Under the pieces are notes generated by a model. That model was given only the letters and a program-made list of their open reading frames with translations, ran no database searches and had not been told where the DNA came from. The position numbers were made by a program, and so were the translations under genes. From positions 1 through 56,623 of the IMG/VR virus record IMGVR_UViG_3300036851_000701: a stretch of 56,623 nt of DNA; one strand, 5' to 3'. This document shows positions 19,341 through 28,519 of the stretch, in pieces (the first letter of the stretch is position 1; every line of letters starts with the position of its first letter). This stretch comes from a virus (taxonomy: Duplodnaviria; Caudoviricetes).

Positions 19341-21110
19341 ATGGCGTCCGTCTGCTTCTCGCCGATCTCGGCCGAGGTCGCCCGCTTCACCCGGCTCACC
19401 GACTGCGGCACCCCGGTGACGGGCGCCGGCGCGGCGGCCGTCGTCGACGGGTTCGTGGACGTGACCGTCGACGCCGACCGGCAGCCGGGCGGCACGTTCA
19501 ACCTGCGCGACGGCACCGGGCTCGTCGCGATATCGGGCGTCGACCCGGCCCAGACGACGACGTCGGACGTCACGATCACGGTGTGCACGCTCGACCCGGA
19601 GGCGCTCGCCCTGCTCGACGCCGCCGCCGTGGCGATCACGACGACCGGCGCCCCGAACGTCACCGGCTGCCCGATCCCGGTGACAGGCGCCCCCGCGGTC
19701 GGCGCCGCGTTCTCGACCCGCGGGCCGCTCGGCCCGGTCGCGGTCGAGCTGTGGCAGCCGCTCGCCGGCGAGAACGCCTGCGCCGGCGAGCCGTGCTGGT
19801 CGCGGTGGCTGCTGGCGCGCGTCGTCAACCTGCGGCGCACCGCCTTCGAGTTCGAGGACGACGCGTTCACGATCCGGCTGCGCGGCACGCTGCTCCACAA
19901 CCCCGGCTGGGGTCGAGGCGTCGGCGACTACCCGCGGGCGGTGCGCTCCGACGAGCCGGTGACGTTCGAGCGGATCTGCGCCGAACCGCCGCCGGCCGGC
20001 TGCGGGCTCGTCGCCGTCACCGGCTGCCCCGGCCACGACCCGTACGGCACCGTCCAGGTGCCCGGCACGTTCGCCACCCAGATCGCGAACCTCCAGGCGA
20101 AGGTCCGCGCCGGGCAGCTCGTCCAGGCGCTCGACCTGGGCGACTCGATCATGCAGGGCGCCTTCTCGTCGAACTGGCGGACCAAGAGCTTCATGGCGCT
20201 CGTCAACGACACGCTCGCCGGCACGCTCGGCGACGGCGGCGCCGGCATGCAGGGCGTCCAGAACGAGTGGCAGGCCGCCAGCTACCTGTCGTCGACCGGC
20301 GGCTGGCTCTTCGCCGGCGGCGGCGCTTCCGCGATGGTCGCCGCCAACCTGACCGCCGGGGCGACGATGACGTGGGCGAACCAGCGCGGCCGGTTCATCC
20401 GGGTCCACTACCAGTCGGCCACCAACACGGGGGTCATGACGGTGGCGATCGACGGCGGCGCCGCCGTGGCCGTCAACACGCAGGGCACGCCCCGCGACCG
20501 GGTCGTCCAGTTCGACGCCGGCTCGACCGGCGCCCACTCGGTGGTCGTGACCGCCCCGACCGCGACGCCGATCCTGCTCGCCGGCGTCGAGGGCAAGAAC
20601 GCGTCGGGCTGGCTGCACCACAACGACGCCGTCGCCGGCACCCGCTCGGACATGCCGCAGCTCGCCTCGCACGCCTCGGGCGGGTCGACGTACAAGGACC
20701 AGATCGTCGACGCCGCCCTGCGCATGATGGGCAGGATCGACGTGCTCTACTACACGTTCGGCAGCAACGACGCCGTGGTGGCGTTCACGCCGGCGACGTT
20801 CGAGCACAACGTGCTGACGACCCTCACCAGGGCACGCTCGTCGAACCCCGACATGGCGATCGTCGTCATCGTCGAGCACTCCGGGTCGATCCCGCAGGAC
20901 TTCCCGGTGTTCGCCGCGTTCCGCGAGATCCTCGAACGGCAGGCCCGCGCCCACGGCGCGGCGTTCGTCGACCTGTGGTCGGAGGGCGACCGCAGCCTGG
21001 CGTGGATGCAGGCCCGCGGCTACATGAACCCGGACAACGTGCACTGGACCGACGCCGGCCACGCGTGGGGGGCGGCGATCATCCTCCGGGCGTTCCAGGC
21101 CGTCGGCTAG
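19341..21110 (+). CDS. Tail-tube paralog fused to an SGNH/GDSL esterase (589 aa)
   Basis: The N-terminal ~225 aa align by eye with 2923-3600. The C-terminus has SGNH blocks LGDSIMQG, NDAVAG, FGSND and DNVHW. Confidence 0.85.
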   Translation: MASVCFSPISAEVARFTRLTDCGTPVTGAGAAAVVDGFVDVTVDADRQPGGTFNLRDGTGLVAISGVDPAQTTTSDVTITVCTLDPEALALLDAAAVAITTTGAPNVTGCPIPVTGAPAVGAAFSTRGPLGPVAVELWQPLAGENACAGEPCWSRWLLARVVNLRRTAFEFEDDAFTIRLRGTLLHNPGWGRGVGDYPRAVRSDEPVTFERICAEPPPAGCGLVAVTGCPGHDPYGTVQVPGTFATQIANLQAKVRAGQLVQALDLGDSIMQGAFSSNWRTKSFMALVNDTLAGTLGDGGAGMQGVQNEWQAASYLSSTGGWLFAGGGASAMVAANLTAGATMTWANQRGRFIRVHYQSATNTGVMTVAIDGGAAVAVNTQGTPRDRVVQFDAGSTGAHSVVVTAPTATPILLAGVEGKNASGWLHHNDAVAGTRSDMPQLASHASGGSTYKDQIVDAALRMMGRIDVLYYTFGSNDAVVAFTPATFEHNVLTTLTRARSSNPDMAIVVIVEHSGSIPQDFPVFAAFREILERQARAHGAAFVDLWSEGDRSLAWMQARGYMNPDNVHWTDAGHAWGAAIILRAFQAVG

Positions 21111-21119
21111 CCTGCGGCC

Positions 21120-22001
21120 GTGGCGACGCGGACGGTGACGCTCGACGACCTGTCGGAACCGGCGCCGCCGCCGTCCGACGCCGACTGGAACGACGCCGGC
21201 GTGGTGGTGCTGGCCGGCCTGCTCGACGACGAGCTGGTCGCCGACTACCAGGACGAATGGAGGCAGGCGAACGGCTGGCACGGCTGCCGGCTGCGCTCGG
21301 ACCCCGGCGCCCTCTACCACCTGCCGGTCGGCGTCGCAGGCGAGCCGTGGGTGCTCGACGCGGACCGCCCCGGCGGCTGGCCCGACTGCACCCCCTATCG
21401 CCGTTACGACGCCCTCGCCCGGATCTGCTGTCACCCGCTCGTCGGCGCCGTGCTCCACGACCTGATCGGCGAGCCGGCCGCCGTGCACCTGAACCTCACC
21501 GGCTGGGAGTCCACCGGGCGCGACTGGCACCAGGACACCTACCTGAACGAGCCGGAGGTCGGCGACGCCTACGCCGCCGTCTGGTTCGCGCTCGGCGACG
21601 TGCACCCCGGCTCGGGGCCGTTCCAGTACGTGCCGGGCTCCCACCGCTGGCACGTCCTGCAGCGCGACCGGTTCGCCGGCCTGCTCGACCTGGACGACCC
21701 GGACTGGCCGGCCCGGTCGGAGGCGATCCTGGCGCCGCTCGTCGCCGCCGAGGTCGAGCGGCGCGGCGCCGCCGTCGTCGACTACCTGCCCCGCAAGGGC
21801 GACGTCCTGTTCTGGCACGGCCGGCTCTACCATCGTGGGTCGAAGCCGACGCTGCCGCACGCCTACCGGCCGTCGCTCATCGCCCACTACAGCGGCGTCC
21901 ACCACCGGTCGGCGATGCCGGCCGCGGTGAAGCACGACGCCGGCGGCTGGTACTTCCCGCTCGGCGGCGAGGCAGGCGTCGAGGGCAACACCGGCCGATA
22001 G
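21120..22001 (+). CDS. Phytanoyl-CoA dioxygenase (PhyH)-family Fe(II)/2OG oxygenase
   Basis: WHQD, W.AL.DV....GP..YVPGSH and KGDVLFWHG.L.HRG motifs. Confidence 0.9.
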   Translation: MATRTVTLDDLSEPAPPPSDADWNDAGVVVLAGLLDDELVADYQDEWRQANGWHGCRLRSDPGALYHLPVGVAGEPWVLDADRPGGWPDCTPYRRYDALARICCHPLVGAVLHDLIGEPAAVHLNLTGWESTGRDWHQDTYLNEPEVGDAYAAVWFALGDVHPGSGPFQYVPGSHRWHVLQRDRFAGLLDLDDPDWPARSEAILAPLVAAEVERRGAAVVDYLPRKGDVLFWHGRLYHRGSKPTLPHAYRPSLIAHYSGVHHRSAMPAAVKHDAGGWYFPLGGEAGVEGNTGR

Positions 22002-22006
22002 CCGAC

Positions 22007-22714
22007 GTGGCGAACCCCGGCGAACCGCTCGTCGAGCTGCACCACTTCTACCACTGCTACGCGGCCGGCGACTGGGCGCAGGCCGTCACCGAGCACTGCG
22101 ACGCCCTGACCCGCTTCGGGCTCTACGACCGTCTCGCGTCGCTGCACGTCGGGTTCGTCGGCACCGACGAGCAGGTCGCAGCCGTGCGCTGCACGCTCGA
22201 CGTGCTCACCCCCGACTACCGGGTGTGCGCCCAGACCGAGGCGGGCTGGGAGCAGGTCACCCTCACGGCGCTGCACGAGTTCGTCCAGGACCACGACGGG
22301 CTCGTCTCGTACGCCCACACGAAGGGGGCGTCGCGGGTCGACCCGGTCGACGGGCCGTGGCGCCGGTCGATGGAGTACTACAACTTCGTCGACTGGCGAC
22401 GCCCGGCGGCCGCGCTGGCGTTCGATAACGCGCTGGTCGCCGGCTGCCACTGGACGCACGGGACGCTGATCGAGTGGTACGGCGACTCCGGCGACAGCCA
22501 GCTGGTCGCCGGGCAGGGCACATCTGGCTGGTTCGGCGGCAACTACTGGTGGGCGCGCTGCGAGGTCCTGCGCCGGAACGTGCCGCCGGAGCCGGACACC
22601 CGCCACCACGCCGAGCACTGGATCGGGCTGATCTCGGGGATGGTGCCGTTCGAGCACGGCTCCGTGTTCGATCTGAACCCCGGGCCGGTCGGGAACTTTA
22701 AGGTCGATTGGTGA
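22007..22714 (+). CDS. Putative glycosyltransferase-like protein (235 aa)
   Basis: E..TL, Y.HTKG, WR..M.Y, F.GN.WWA and R..AE.WI motifs seen in viral glycan-cluster proteins (RgpF-like). Function inferred from context. Confidence 0.55.
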   Translation: MANPGEPLVELHHFYHCYAAGDWAQAVTEHCDALTRFGLYDRLASLHVGFVGTDEQVAAVRCTLDVLTPDYRVCAQTEAGWEQVTLTALHEFVQDHDGLVSYAHTKGASRVDPVDGPWRRSMEYYNFVDWRRPAAALAFDNALVAGCHWTHGTLIEWYGDSGDSQLVAGQGTSGWFGGNYWWARCEVLRRNVPPEPDTRHHAEHWIGLISGMVPFEHGSVFDLNPGPVGNFKVDW

Positions 22715-23457
22715 TCGTCGAGACGTGGGTGACGGTCCACGACCAGGACCTGGTGGCGGCGTGCGAGCGGGACGGCCGCTTCGCCGGCCTCCCGAACGTC
22801 GGCTATCTGTTCGTCGGCCCCCGACCCGTCGACCGGCTGCCGGCCGGCACGCGGCTGCTCGTCGCCCGCGACCACCCGCCGCACCACGAGGACCTGCCGC
22901 ACTTCTACGACCTGACGGGCTGGCACGTCCTCGCCCGCCGCGCCGCCGCCGACCATCTGGTGTGCGTCCAGTACGACATGCGCCCGTTCGCCGCGGGTCT
23001 GGCGGGCCGGGCGGTCGAGCTGCTCGCCGACGTCGACGTGGTGGCGTTCACCCCCGCCGGGTTCGGCCCGAACTGGATGCTGCTCATCGACGGGTTCGAG
23101 GACGCCTGGCGGCGGGGCATGGCCGCCGTCGGCGCCGATCCCGACCGGTGGCCGCCGTTCGACGTCTGGCCGACCACGGCCGGCACCGCCTGGCGGCGGG
23201 AGGCGTTCGTCGAGTTCCTGGCGTGGTTCGAGCCGCTGTTCGCCGTGTGGGCCGCCGACCGGTGGGCGGGGCACCTGGCCGAACGGTCGCTTCACGGCTG
23301 GCTGAGCGACACCGGTCGGACGGCCGGCTACCTGCCGGGGGTGGTCGAGCACGAGCGGGCCGACTGTCACGGCACGGGGGCGCTGATGCGCGGCGAGCGC
23401 GACGTCTACGAGGCGAGGGACCGCGAGTTCCGGTACCAGTCCTCGTACGGGCCGTAG
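22708..23457 (+). CDS. Putative glycosyltransferase-like protein
   Basis: QYD and GH.AER motifs, GT-A-like layout, glycan-cluster context. Confidence 0.5.
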   Translation: MVIVETWVTVHDQDLVAACERDGRFAGLPNVGYLFVGPRPVDRLPAGTRLLVARDHPPHHEDLPHFYDLTGWHVLARRAAADHLVCVQYDMRPFAAGLAGRAVELLADVDVVAFTPAGFGPNWMLLIDGFEDAWRRGMAAVGADPDRWPPFDVWPTTAGTAWRREAFVEFLAWFEPLFAVWAADRWAGHLAERSLHGWLSDTGRTAGYLPGVVEHERADCHGTGALMRGERDVYEARDREFRYQSSYGP

Positions 23458-24005
23458 CCGGCGGCGACGACGTCCTCGACGACCCGCTCGAACCCGGCGG
23501 CCGACAGCCGGCGGTGGATGGCGTCCTTGCGGTCGGGGCCGTCGCGGTACAGGTTGTGCTCGACGGTGACGAGCCGGACGTGCCAGCGGTCGAAGTCGAT
23601 CCCGTCGAGCACGTGCAGCTCGTGGCCCTCGACGTCGACCGACAGGTAGTCGACCACGGCCGGCGCGGCGGCGTCCTCCAGGAAGCGAGAGAGCGTGTCG
23701 GCGGTCGTCAGCCGGGCGGCCGCGTCGACGCTCACCGCGATCCCGTCGAACGGGAGGGCGACGGCCCGGTCGGAGGCGAGGGCGCACACGCAGGTCGACC
23801 CCGACCGGCTGGCGGCGAGCCGCCGGTGGGCGTCCGGGTTGGGTTCGACGCACAGCCCGGACCAGCCGTAGTCCCGTTCCAGGGCGAGCGTGTTCGAGTG
23901 CTCGACGCCGTCGTAGGCGCCGACGTCGACGAACCAGCCGCCGCGCAGCCCGCCGAGCTGCTCGACCACCCAGGCGTCCTGCCCGGCCTGGGCGTGCCAG
24001 GTCAC
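23406..24005 (-). CDS. FkbM-family O-methyltransferase (199 aa)
   Basis: Q.GQD, FVDVGAYDG...SNT..LE....W.G..VEP and DYLSVDVEG.E..VL.G.DF motifs. GTG start coupled to the upstream stop. Confidence 0.93.
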   Translation of the reverse strand: MTWHAQAGQDAWVVEQLGGLRGGWFVDVGAYDGVEHSNTLALERDYGWSGLCVEPNPDAHRRLAASRSGSTCVCALASDRAVALPFDGIAVSVDAAARLTTADTLSRFLEDAAAPAVVDYLSVDVEGHELHVLDGIDFDRWHVRLVTVEHNLYRDGPDRKDAIHRRLSAAGFERVVEDVVAAGYGPYEDWYRNSRSLAS

Positions 24006-24958
24006 AGGATCCGGCCGGCGAGCGCCTCGACGTCGGCGGCGAACCGGCCGGCCACTGACCGGTAGAGGGCCTCGGCGTGCGCCTGCCAGCGATCGTAGTT
24101 GTCGAGCACGTCGCGCAGCCGCACGTGGGGCCAGACGGCGACGTGCGAGTGACCGTGCCGGAACATCGACGCCTCCGATACGAGCGCCGGTCGGCGGGCG
24201 GCGATCAGGTAGTCGAACGCCGACGACAGGCCGGCGTCGGGCTGGCCGGGGTGGTAGAGCAGGCAGCACACGTCGCAGGCGGCGAGCATGCCGACGACCT
24301 CGACCTCGGGCTGATGGGCGAGGGTCTGGACGATCCGGATGCCGGGCTTGGCGGCGGCCGCCTGCCGGGCGGCGTCGAGGATCGCCGGGGCGTATAGCGG
24401 GCCGCCGGCGGCACCGTTGAAGTACGCCTCCGGGGTGTGCAGCCTGACGACGGCTGCGTCGACGGCGTCGGCTACCTCGGCGGCGACCTGGTCGAACCCC
24501 TTGTGCGGGAACGCGAACCCGAACGAGGCGATCTCCGGCGGGTCGTTTCGCCAGCGGGGTACCTGCGGCGGCGAGTCCGGCAGCGGCCGGCTGACGCCGT
24601 GCACCCGGTCGCCGTCGCCGACGCCCGGTTCGAGGACCAGGACGTGGTCGAACCCGCGGGCGAGGAGCCCGTCGGCGAGCGGGCGCAGCGTCGCCGGCTC
24701 GTAGTTGTGGAGCACCGCCAGCGTCGGGCAGCCCTCGCGCCCGGGCGTCAGCCATGGCATCAGGTCGGCCCGGTAGTTGACGACCACGACGTCCGGCTCG
24801 ACGACGGCCAGGCTCCTGCGGTAGTCGTCGCCGTCGCCGCAGTCGGCGTGCGCTACGCCGAGGAGTCCCTCGGAGAGGCGGGCGGCCATCCGCAGGCCGA
24901 GGTCGTGGATGCCGCACACCGGCGAGTGGGCGTGGTCGACGACCAGGACCCGGGTCAC
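24002..24958 (-). CDS. GT-B fold (GT4-like) glycosyltransferase (318 aa)
   Basis: CGI.D.G near the N-terminus, SFGFAFPHKGF, and SSA....IAA.RP..VS. Confidence 0.75.
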   Translation of the reverse strand: MTRVLVVDHAHSPVCGIHDLGLRMAARLSEGLLGVAHADCGDGDDYRRSLAVVEPDVVVVNYRADLMPWLTPGREGCPTLAVLHNYEPATLRPLADGLLARGFDHVLVLEPGVGDGDRVHGVSRPLPDSPPQVPRWRNDPPEIASFGFAFPHKGFDQVAAEVADAVDAAVVRLHTPEAYFNGAAGGPLYAPAILDAARQAAAAKPGIRIVQTLAHQPEVEVVGMLAACDVCCLLYHPGQPDAGLSSAFDYLIAARRPALVSEASMFRHGHSHVAVWPHVRLRDVLDNYDRWQAHAEALYRSVAGRFAADVEALAGRIL

Positions 24959-26187
24959 GCCCCTATGACCTGGAACTGCGGGCACGGCACGAGGAGGCGG
25001 CCGCCGGCGGCCAGGTAGCCGGCCTCGCGGCGCCGGAACTCGGCGATGAAGTGCCAGGGCAGGACGAGCAGGTAGTCGGGGCGGGCGGCGCGCATGTCGG
25101 CCTCGGCGACGATCGGGATGTCGGTGCCGACGGTGCGGAGCCCCCACTTCTGTTCCTGCCGCTCGGCGATCGCGGTGACCAGCGTCGAGTCGAGCCCGAA
25201 GTACTGGAGCAGCGTGTTGCCCTTGGTGGAGGCGCCGTATCCCCAGACGGTCTCGCCGCGCCGGCGGGCGTCTCGGACGAACCCGACGACCTGATCGCGG
25301 AGCGCTTCGAGCCGCCGGGCGAACGCCTGCCAGATCTCGATGCCGTTGTAGCCGCCGCCCAGCTCGTGGGCGTACAGCGAGTCGAGCCGCATCCGGGCGA
25401 CGTCGCGCTGCGGCTGGGTGCCGTAGCCGGCGGGGTCGGCGTCGTCGCGCTGGCACAGCAGCCGGATCGAGCCGCCGTTGACGTCGTTGAGCTGGGCGTC
25501 GACGATCCGGAACCCGGCCTGCCCGAGGGTGCGGTGGAGGGTGTGGAGCGTGTAATAGCGGGCGTGCTCGTGGCAGACGTTGTCGAAGGCGAGCTGCTGG
25601 ATCATGAGCGGCGTGTACGAGAGCTGGACGACGAACAGCCCGTCGTCGGCGAGCAGCCCGCGGACGGCTTCGAGGAACTTGGCGGGGTCGGCGAGCTGGT
25701 AGAGCATGGCGATGCATGTGACGACCTTGGCGCGGCCGAAGCCGGCTCGGATCTGGTCGGCTATCGCCTCGGTGAACGGTTCCTGGACGACGAGGTCGGC
25801 GATCTGTTCGCACTCGTAGCGGAACGAATCGTCGGCCGGGTCGACGCCCACCAGGTAGGGACGATAGGCGGCCAGCGTCATGTCCTCGACGGCCCCCAGG
25901 AGCGTCCCGTCGTTCGACGCGACGTCGACCCACAGGTCGCCGACCTCGACCGATACGACGTCGAGGGTCGAGGCGACGACGTCGGCGAGCGCCCGCCGCA
26001 TGCTCTCGTTGGTACCGGACCGGTACCAGTAGCGGCCCCACATCAGCTCGGGCGGCGGCTGCTCCGACAGGTGCACGAGCCCGTCCGGGTCGCGCACGAG
26101 TTCGAGCGGGAACCGCCCAGCCCTCGGCTCCTCGCCGGGCGCCAGGAAGTCGGACACGTACAGGTCGCCGAGCGAGAGCAGCCGCAT
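24955..26187 (-). CDS. NDP-hexose C3-methyltransferase (TcaB9/KijD1-like), lacking the Zn-binding Cys motifs
   Basis: Y.YRSG, D.ASNDG.LL, FDN.CHEH..YY, NGGSIR, YGASTKGNTLL and PDYLLVLPWHF motifs. Confidence 0.92.
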   Translation of the reverse strand: MRLLSLGDLYVSDFLAPGEEPRAGRFPLELVRDPDGLVHLSEQPPPELMWGRYWYRSGTNESMRRALADVVASTLDVVSVEVGDLWVDVASNDGTLLGAVEDMTLAAYRPYLVGVDPADDSFRYECEQIADLVVQEPFTEAIADQIRAGFGRAKVVTCIAMLYQLADPAKFLEAVRGLLADDGLFVVQLSYTPLMIQQLAFDNVCHEHARYYTLHTLHRTLGQAGFRIVDAQLNDVNGGSIRLLCQRDDADPAGYGTQPQRDVARMRLDSLYAHELGGGYNGIEIWQAFARRLEALRDQVVGFVRDARRRGETVWGYGASTKGNTLLQYFGLDSTLVTAIAERQEQKWGLRTVGTDIPIVAEADMRAARPDYLLVLPWHFIAEFRRREAGYLAAGGRLLVPCPQFQVIGA

Positions 26188-26195
26188 CGCCGTCG

Positions 26196-26218
26196 ATGGT
26201 AGGCGGCGCGTCTACCGT
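26196..26218. promoter_or_regulatory. Back-to-back -10 elements for divergent, probably leaderless or short-leader glycan genes
   Basis: TACCAT (minus strand) and TACCGT (plus strand) lie 8-9 nt before the two ATGs in a 40-bp gap with no SD sequence. Confidence 0.45.
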
Positions 26219-26227
26219 GGGCGCGCG

Positions 26228-27277
26228 ATGGTCGTCTACTGCTACCCGGCCGACGCGTACGGGTGCGGCCACTACCGGGTGCGCTGGCCGGCGGCGGCGG
26301 CCGCCGCGCACGGCGTCGACGTGCACGTCAAGGAACCCCGCGAGTCGGGGATCGGCGGCCTCGCCGTCGGCGGGAAGCTATCGACGATCTACGCGCCCGC
26401 CGACGCCGACGTGATCGTGTTCCAGCGGCCGTCGAACGGCATCCTCGCCCAGGCGGTGCCGCTGCTCCGGGCGCAGGGCATCGCGGTCGTCGTCGACGTG
26501 GACGACGACCTGGCGAACATCCACCCGGCGAACCCGGCGTTCCGGCACCTGCACCCGAAATGGAACCCGGCCAACAACTGGCGGCACGTCGCCTCCGCCT
26601 GCCGGCACGCCACGCTCGTGACGGTGTCGACGGCGGCGCTCGTGCCGCGCTACGCGGCGCACGGCCGGGTGCGGGTGCTCGACAACTACGTGCCAGCCCG
26701 GTTCCTGGACGTCGAGCGCCCGGTCCACGACGAGCCGTGGGTCGGCTGGGCCGGGTCGATGCACTCGCACCCGGACGACCTGCGGCCGGCGGCCGGCACG
26801 CTCGGCCAGCTCGCCCGGCAGGGCCGGCGGGTGCACGTCGTCGGCGACGGCGTCGGCGTCGACCGCGAGATCGGCAGCGACGCCTACACCTCCACCGGCG
26901 TCGTCGACTTCCAGGACTGGATGCCGCGGGTCGCCGAGCTGGACGTGGCGGTGGCGCCGCTCGCGGACACGGCGTTCAACCAGGCGAAGTCGCGGCTGAA
27001 GCCGCTGGAGTACTCGGCGGTCGGGGTGCCGTGGGTAGCGTCGCCGACCCGCGAGTACGCCCGGCTGGCGGCGACCGGCGCCGGCGCCACCGCGGTGCGT
27101 CCCCGCGACTGGCTGAGGGAGCTGCGCCGGCTGCTCGACGACGACGGCTACCGCGCCGAACGCTCGGCCGTGGCCCGTGCAGTGGCGGCCGACAACACGA
27201 TCGAGGCGCACGGCTGGCGGTGGCAGGAGGCGTGGCAGGCCGCCTACGAGATGGAGCACCCGAGGGTCACCGCCTGA
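26228..27277 (+). CDS. GT4-like glycosyltransferase
   Basis: GCGHYR, FQR, D.DD.L, VTVST..L, GW.GS..H..DL and APL....FN..KS.LK.LEY...G.P motifs. Confidence 0.9.
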   Translation: MVVYCYPADAYGCGHYRVRWPAAAAAAHGVDVHVKEPRESGIGGLAVGGKLSTIYAPADADVIVFQRPSNGILAQAVPLLRAQGIAVVVDVDDDLANIHPANPAFRHLHPKWNPANNWRHVASACRHATLVTVSTAALVPRYAAHGRVRVLDNYVPARFLDVERPVHDEPWVGWAGSMHSHPDDLRPAAGTLGQLARQGRRVHVVGDGVGVDREIGSDAYTSTGVVDFQDWMPRVAELDVAVAPLADTAFNQAKSRLKPLEYSAVGVPWVASPTREYARLAATGAGATAVRPRDWLRELRRLLDDDGYRAERSAVARAVAADNTIEAHGWRWQEAWQAAYEMEHPRVTA

Positions 27278-27306
27278 ACCGCCGCGAAACGCCTACAGTC
27301 GGTCGC

Positions 27307-27402
27307 ATGAGCGACACCCCCAGCGAACCCGACGAGCCGACGGCGACCGAGCCGGAGGACGACGCCCCCGGCGAACTGATCGCCGACGACGTGGACGGCT
27401 GA
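27307..27402 (+). CDS. Small acidic peptide (31 aa) upstream of the endolysin
   Basis: A TACAGT -10-like hexamer lies 7 nt before the ATG; the stop is 1 nt before the endolysin start. Confidence 0.4.
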   Translation: MSDTPSEPDEPTATEPEDDAPGELIADDVDG

Positions 27403-27403
27403 C

Positions 27404-28141
27404 GTGGCCTGGCGGCTCGCCGAGAGCCTGCGGGCGCTGCGGGCCGAGTGCGACGCCGCCGCCCCGGACCGATCGAAGGCGAGCGACGGCACGATCGGCG
27501 ACGCGGCGCACGCCGCCTCCCGGTCGGACCACAACCCGAACGCCGACGGCGTGGTATGCGCCCTCGACATCACCCACGACCCCGACGGCGGCGCCGACTG
27601 CCACGCGTGGGCCGAGCGGGTGCGCACCGGCGGCAACCCCAACCTGAAGTACATCATCTTCGCCGGCCGCATCGCATCTATCACCCGCGGGCTGGAATGG
27701 CGTCCGTACGGCGGCCGAAACCCGCACCGCAATCACATGCACGTCTCGGTCGGCCGCGGCGAGGACGGCCGATCGACCGGCCCGTACGACGACGCCGGTT
27801 CGTGGGGCATCTCCTCGGCTGCTCCGGTGCCGGCCCCCCCTTCGCCGGAGCCGGAGCAGCCGGCGGACCAGGCGCCGCCGTTCCCGCTGCCGCAGGGCTG
27901 GTACTTCGGGCCGCGCTCCGGGCCGCAGCAGTCGGTGTCCGGGTTTCACGGCCACGGCGACGACCTCGCCGTCTGGCAGCAGCGCATGGCCGACCGCGGC
28001 TGGCCGATCGCCGTCGACGGCCGCTACGGCAACCAGACCAGGGGCGTGGCCGAGGCGTTCCAGCGGGAGAAGGGCCTCGACGTCGACGGCCTCATCGGAC
28101 CGATTACCTGGCGGGCGGCGTGGACCGAACCGATCACGTAG
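27404..28141 (+). CDS. Endolysin: Zn-peptidase-like domain plus peptidoglycan-binding domain
   Basis: WRLA.SL..LR, SDGTIGD..H....SDHNP, A.DITH and H..H.H.S motifs. The C-terminal WQ.......DG.YG..T......FQ...GL.VDG.IGP.TW matches PG_binding_1. Confidence 0.9.
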   Translation: MAWRLAESLRALRAECDAAAPDRSKASDGTIGDAAHAASRSDHNPNADGVVCALDITHDPDGGADCHAWAERVRTGGNPNLKYIIFAGRIASITRGLEWRPYGGRNPHRNHMHVSVGRGEDGRSTGPYDDAGSWGISSAAPVPAPPSPEPEQPADQAPPFPLPQGWYFGPRSGPQQSVSGFHGHGDDLAVWQQRMADRGWPIAVDGRYGNQTRGVAEAFQREKGLDVDGLIGPITWRAAWTEPIT

Positions 28142-28228
28142 GCAGCCTTGCGACGCACCAGGGGTGACACCGGGCGACAGGCACCGCGGAGGACAGGCGC
28201 GCCCGGCGCCGACGTGCGTGCGTGACCG

Positions 28229-28519
28229 GTGAGCGGCGAGCTGCTCCTCCCCGGCGCGCTCGTCGGCGGCCCGCTGATCTTCGCGGTGTTCTTCGTGCTT
28301 AGAGGCATCCTCCGGTTCCAGCGCGACTTCACCGACACGTACGCCCGCGAGCTGACCTCGCTGCGCTCGAAGATCGACGCCCACGAGGCCAGGATCGGCC
28401 TGCTGCGCGACGCCGTCGACGAGTGCGAGGCCGAACGGCGGTCGCTGCTCGCCGAGCGGCTGGTCTGGCAGCGCGAGCGCGACCAGCTGATCCAGTCGGT
28501 CGAACGAGGCGAACGGTGA
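28229..28519 (+). CDS. Membrane-anchored coiled-coil protein of the lysis cassette
   Basis: One N-terminal TM segment followed by a coiled coil. Confidence 0.65.
   Translation: MSGELLLPGALVGGPLIFAVFFVLRGILRFQRDFTDTYARELTSLRSKIDAHEARIGLLRDAVDECEAERRSLLAERLVWQRERDQLIQSVERGER

Noticed and set aside
18447-21935. Very long antisense and alternate-frame ORFs (e.g. 1162 aa here, 928 aa at 50389-53175, 795 aa at 11805-14192)
   Set aside because: These are low-complexity shadows of real genes, expected from stop-codon scarcity at high GC.
21120-22001. Dioxygenase as the TET/JBP partner of the DNA glycosyltransferase
   Set aside because: Its motifs are PhyH-type and it lies in the glycan cluster about 18 kb away. 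Not formally excluded, but unsupported.
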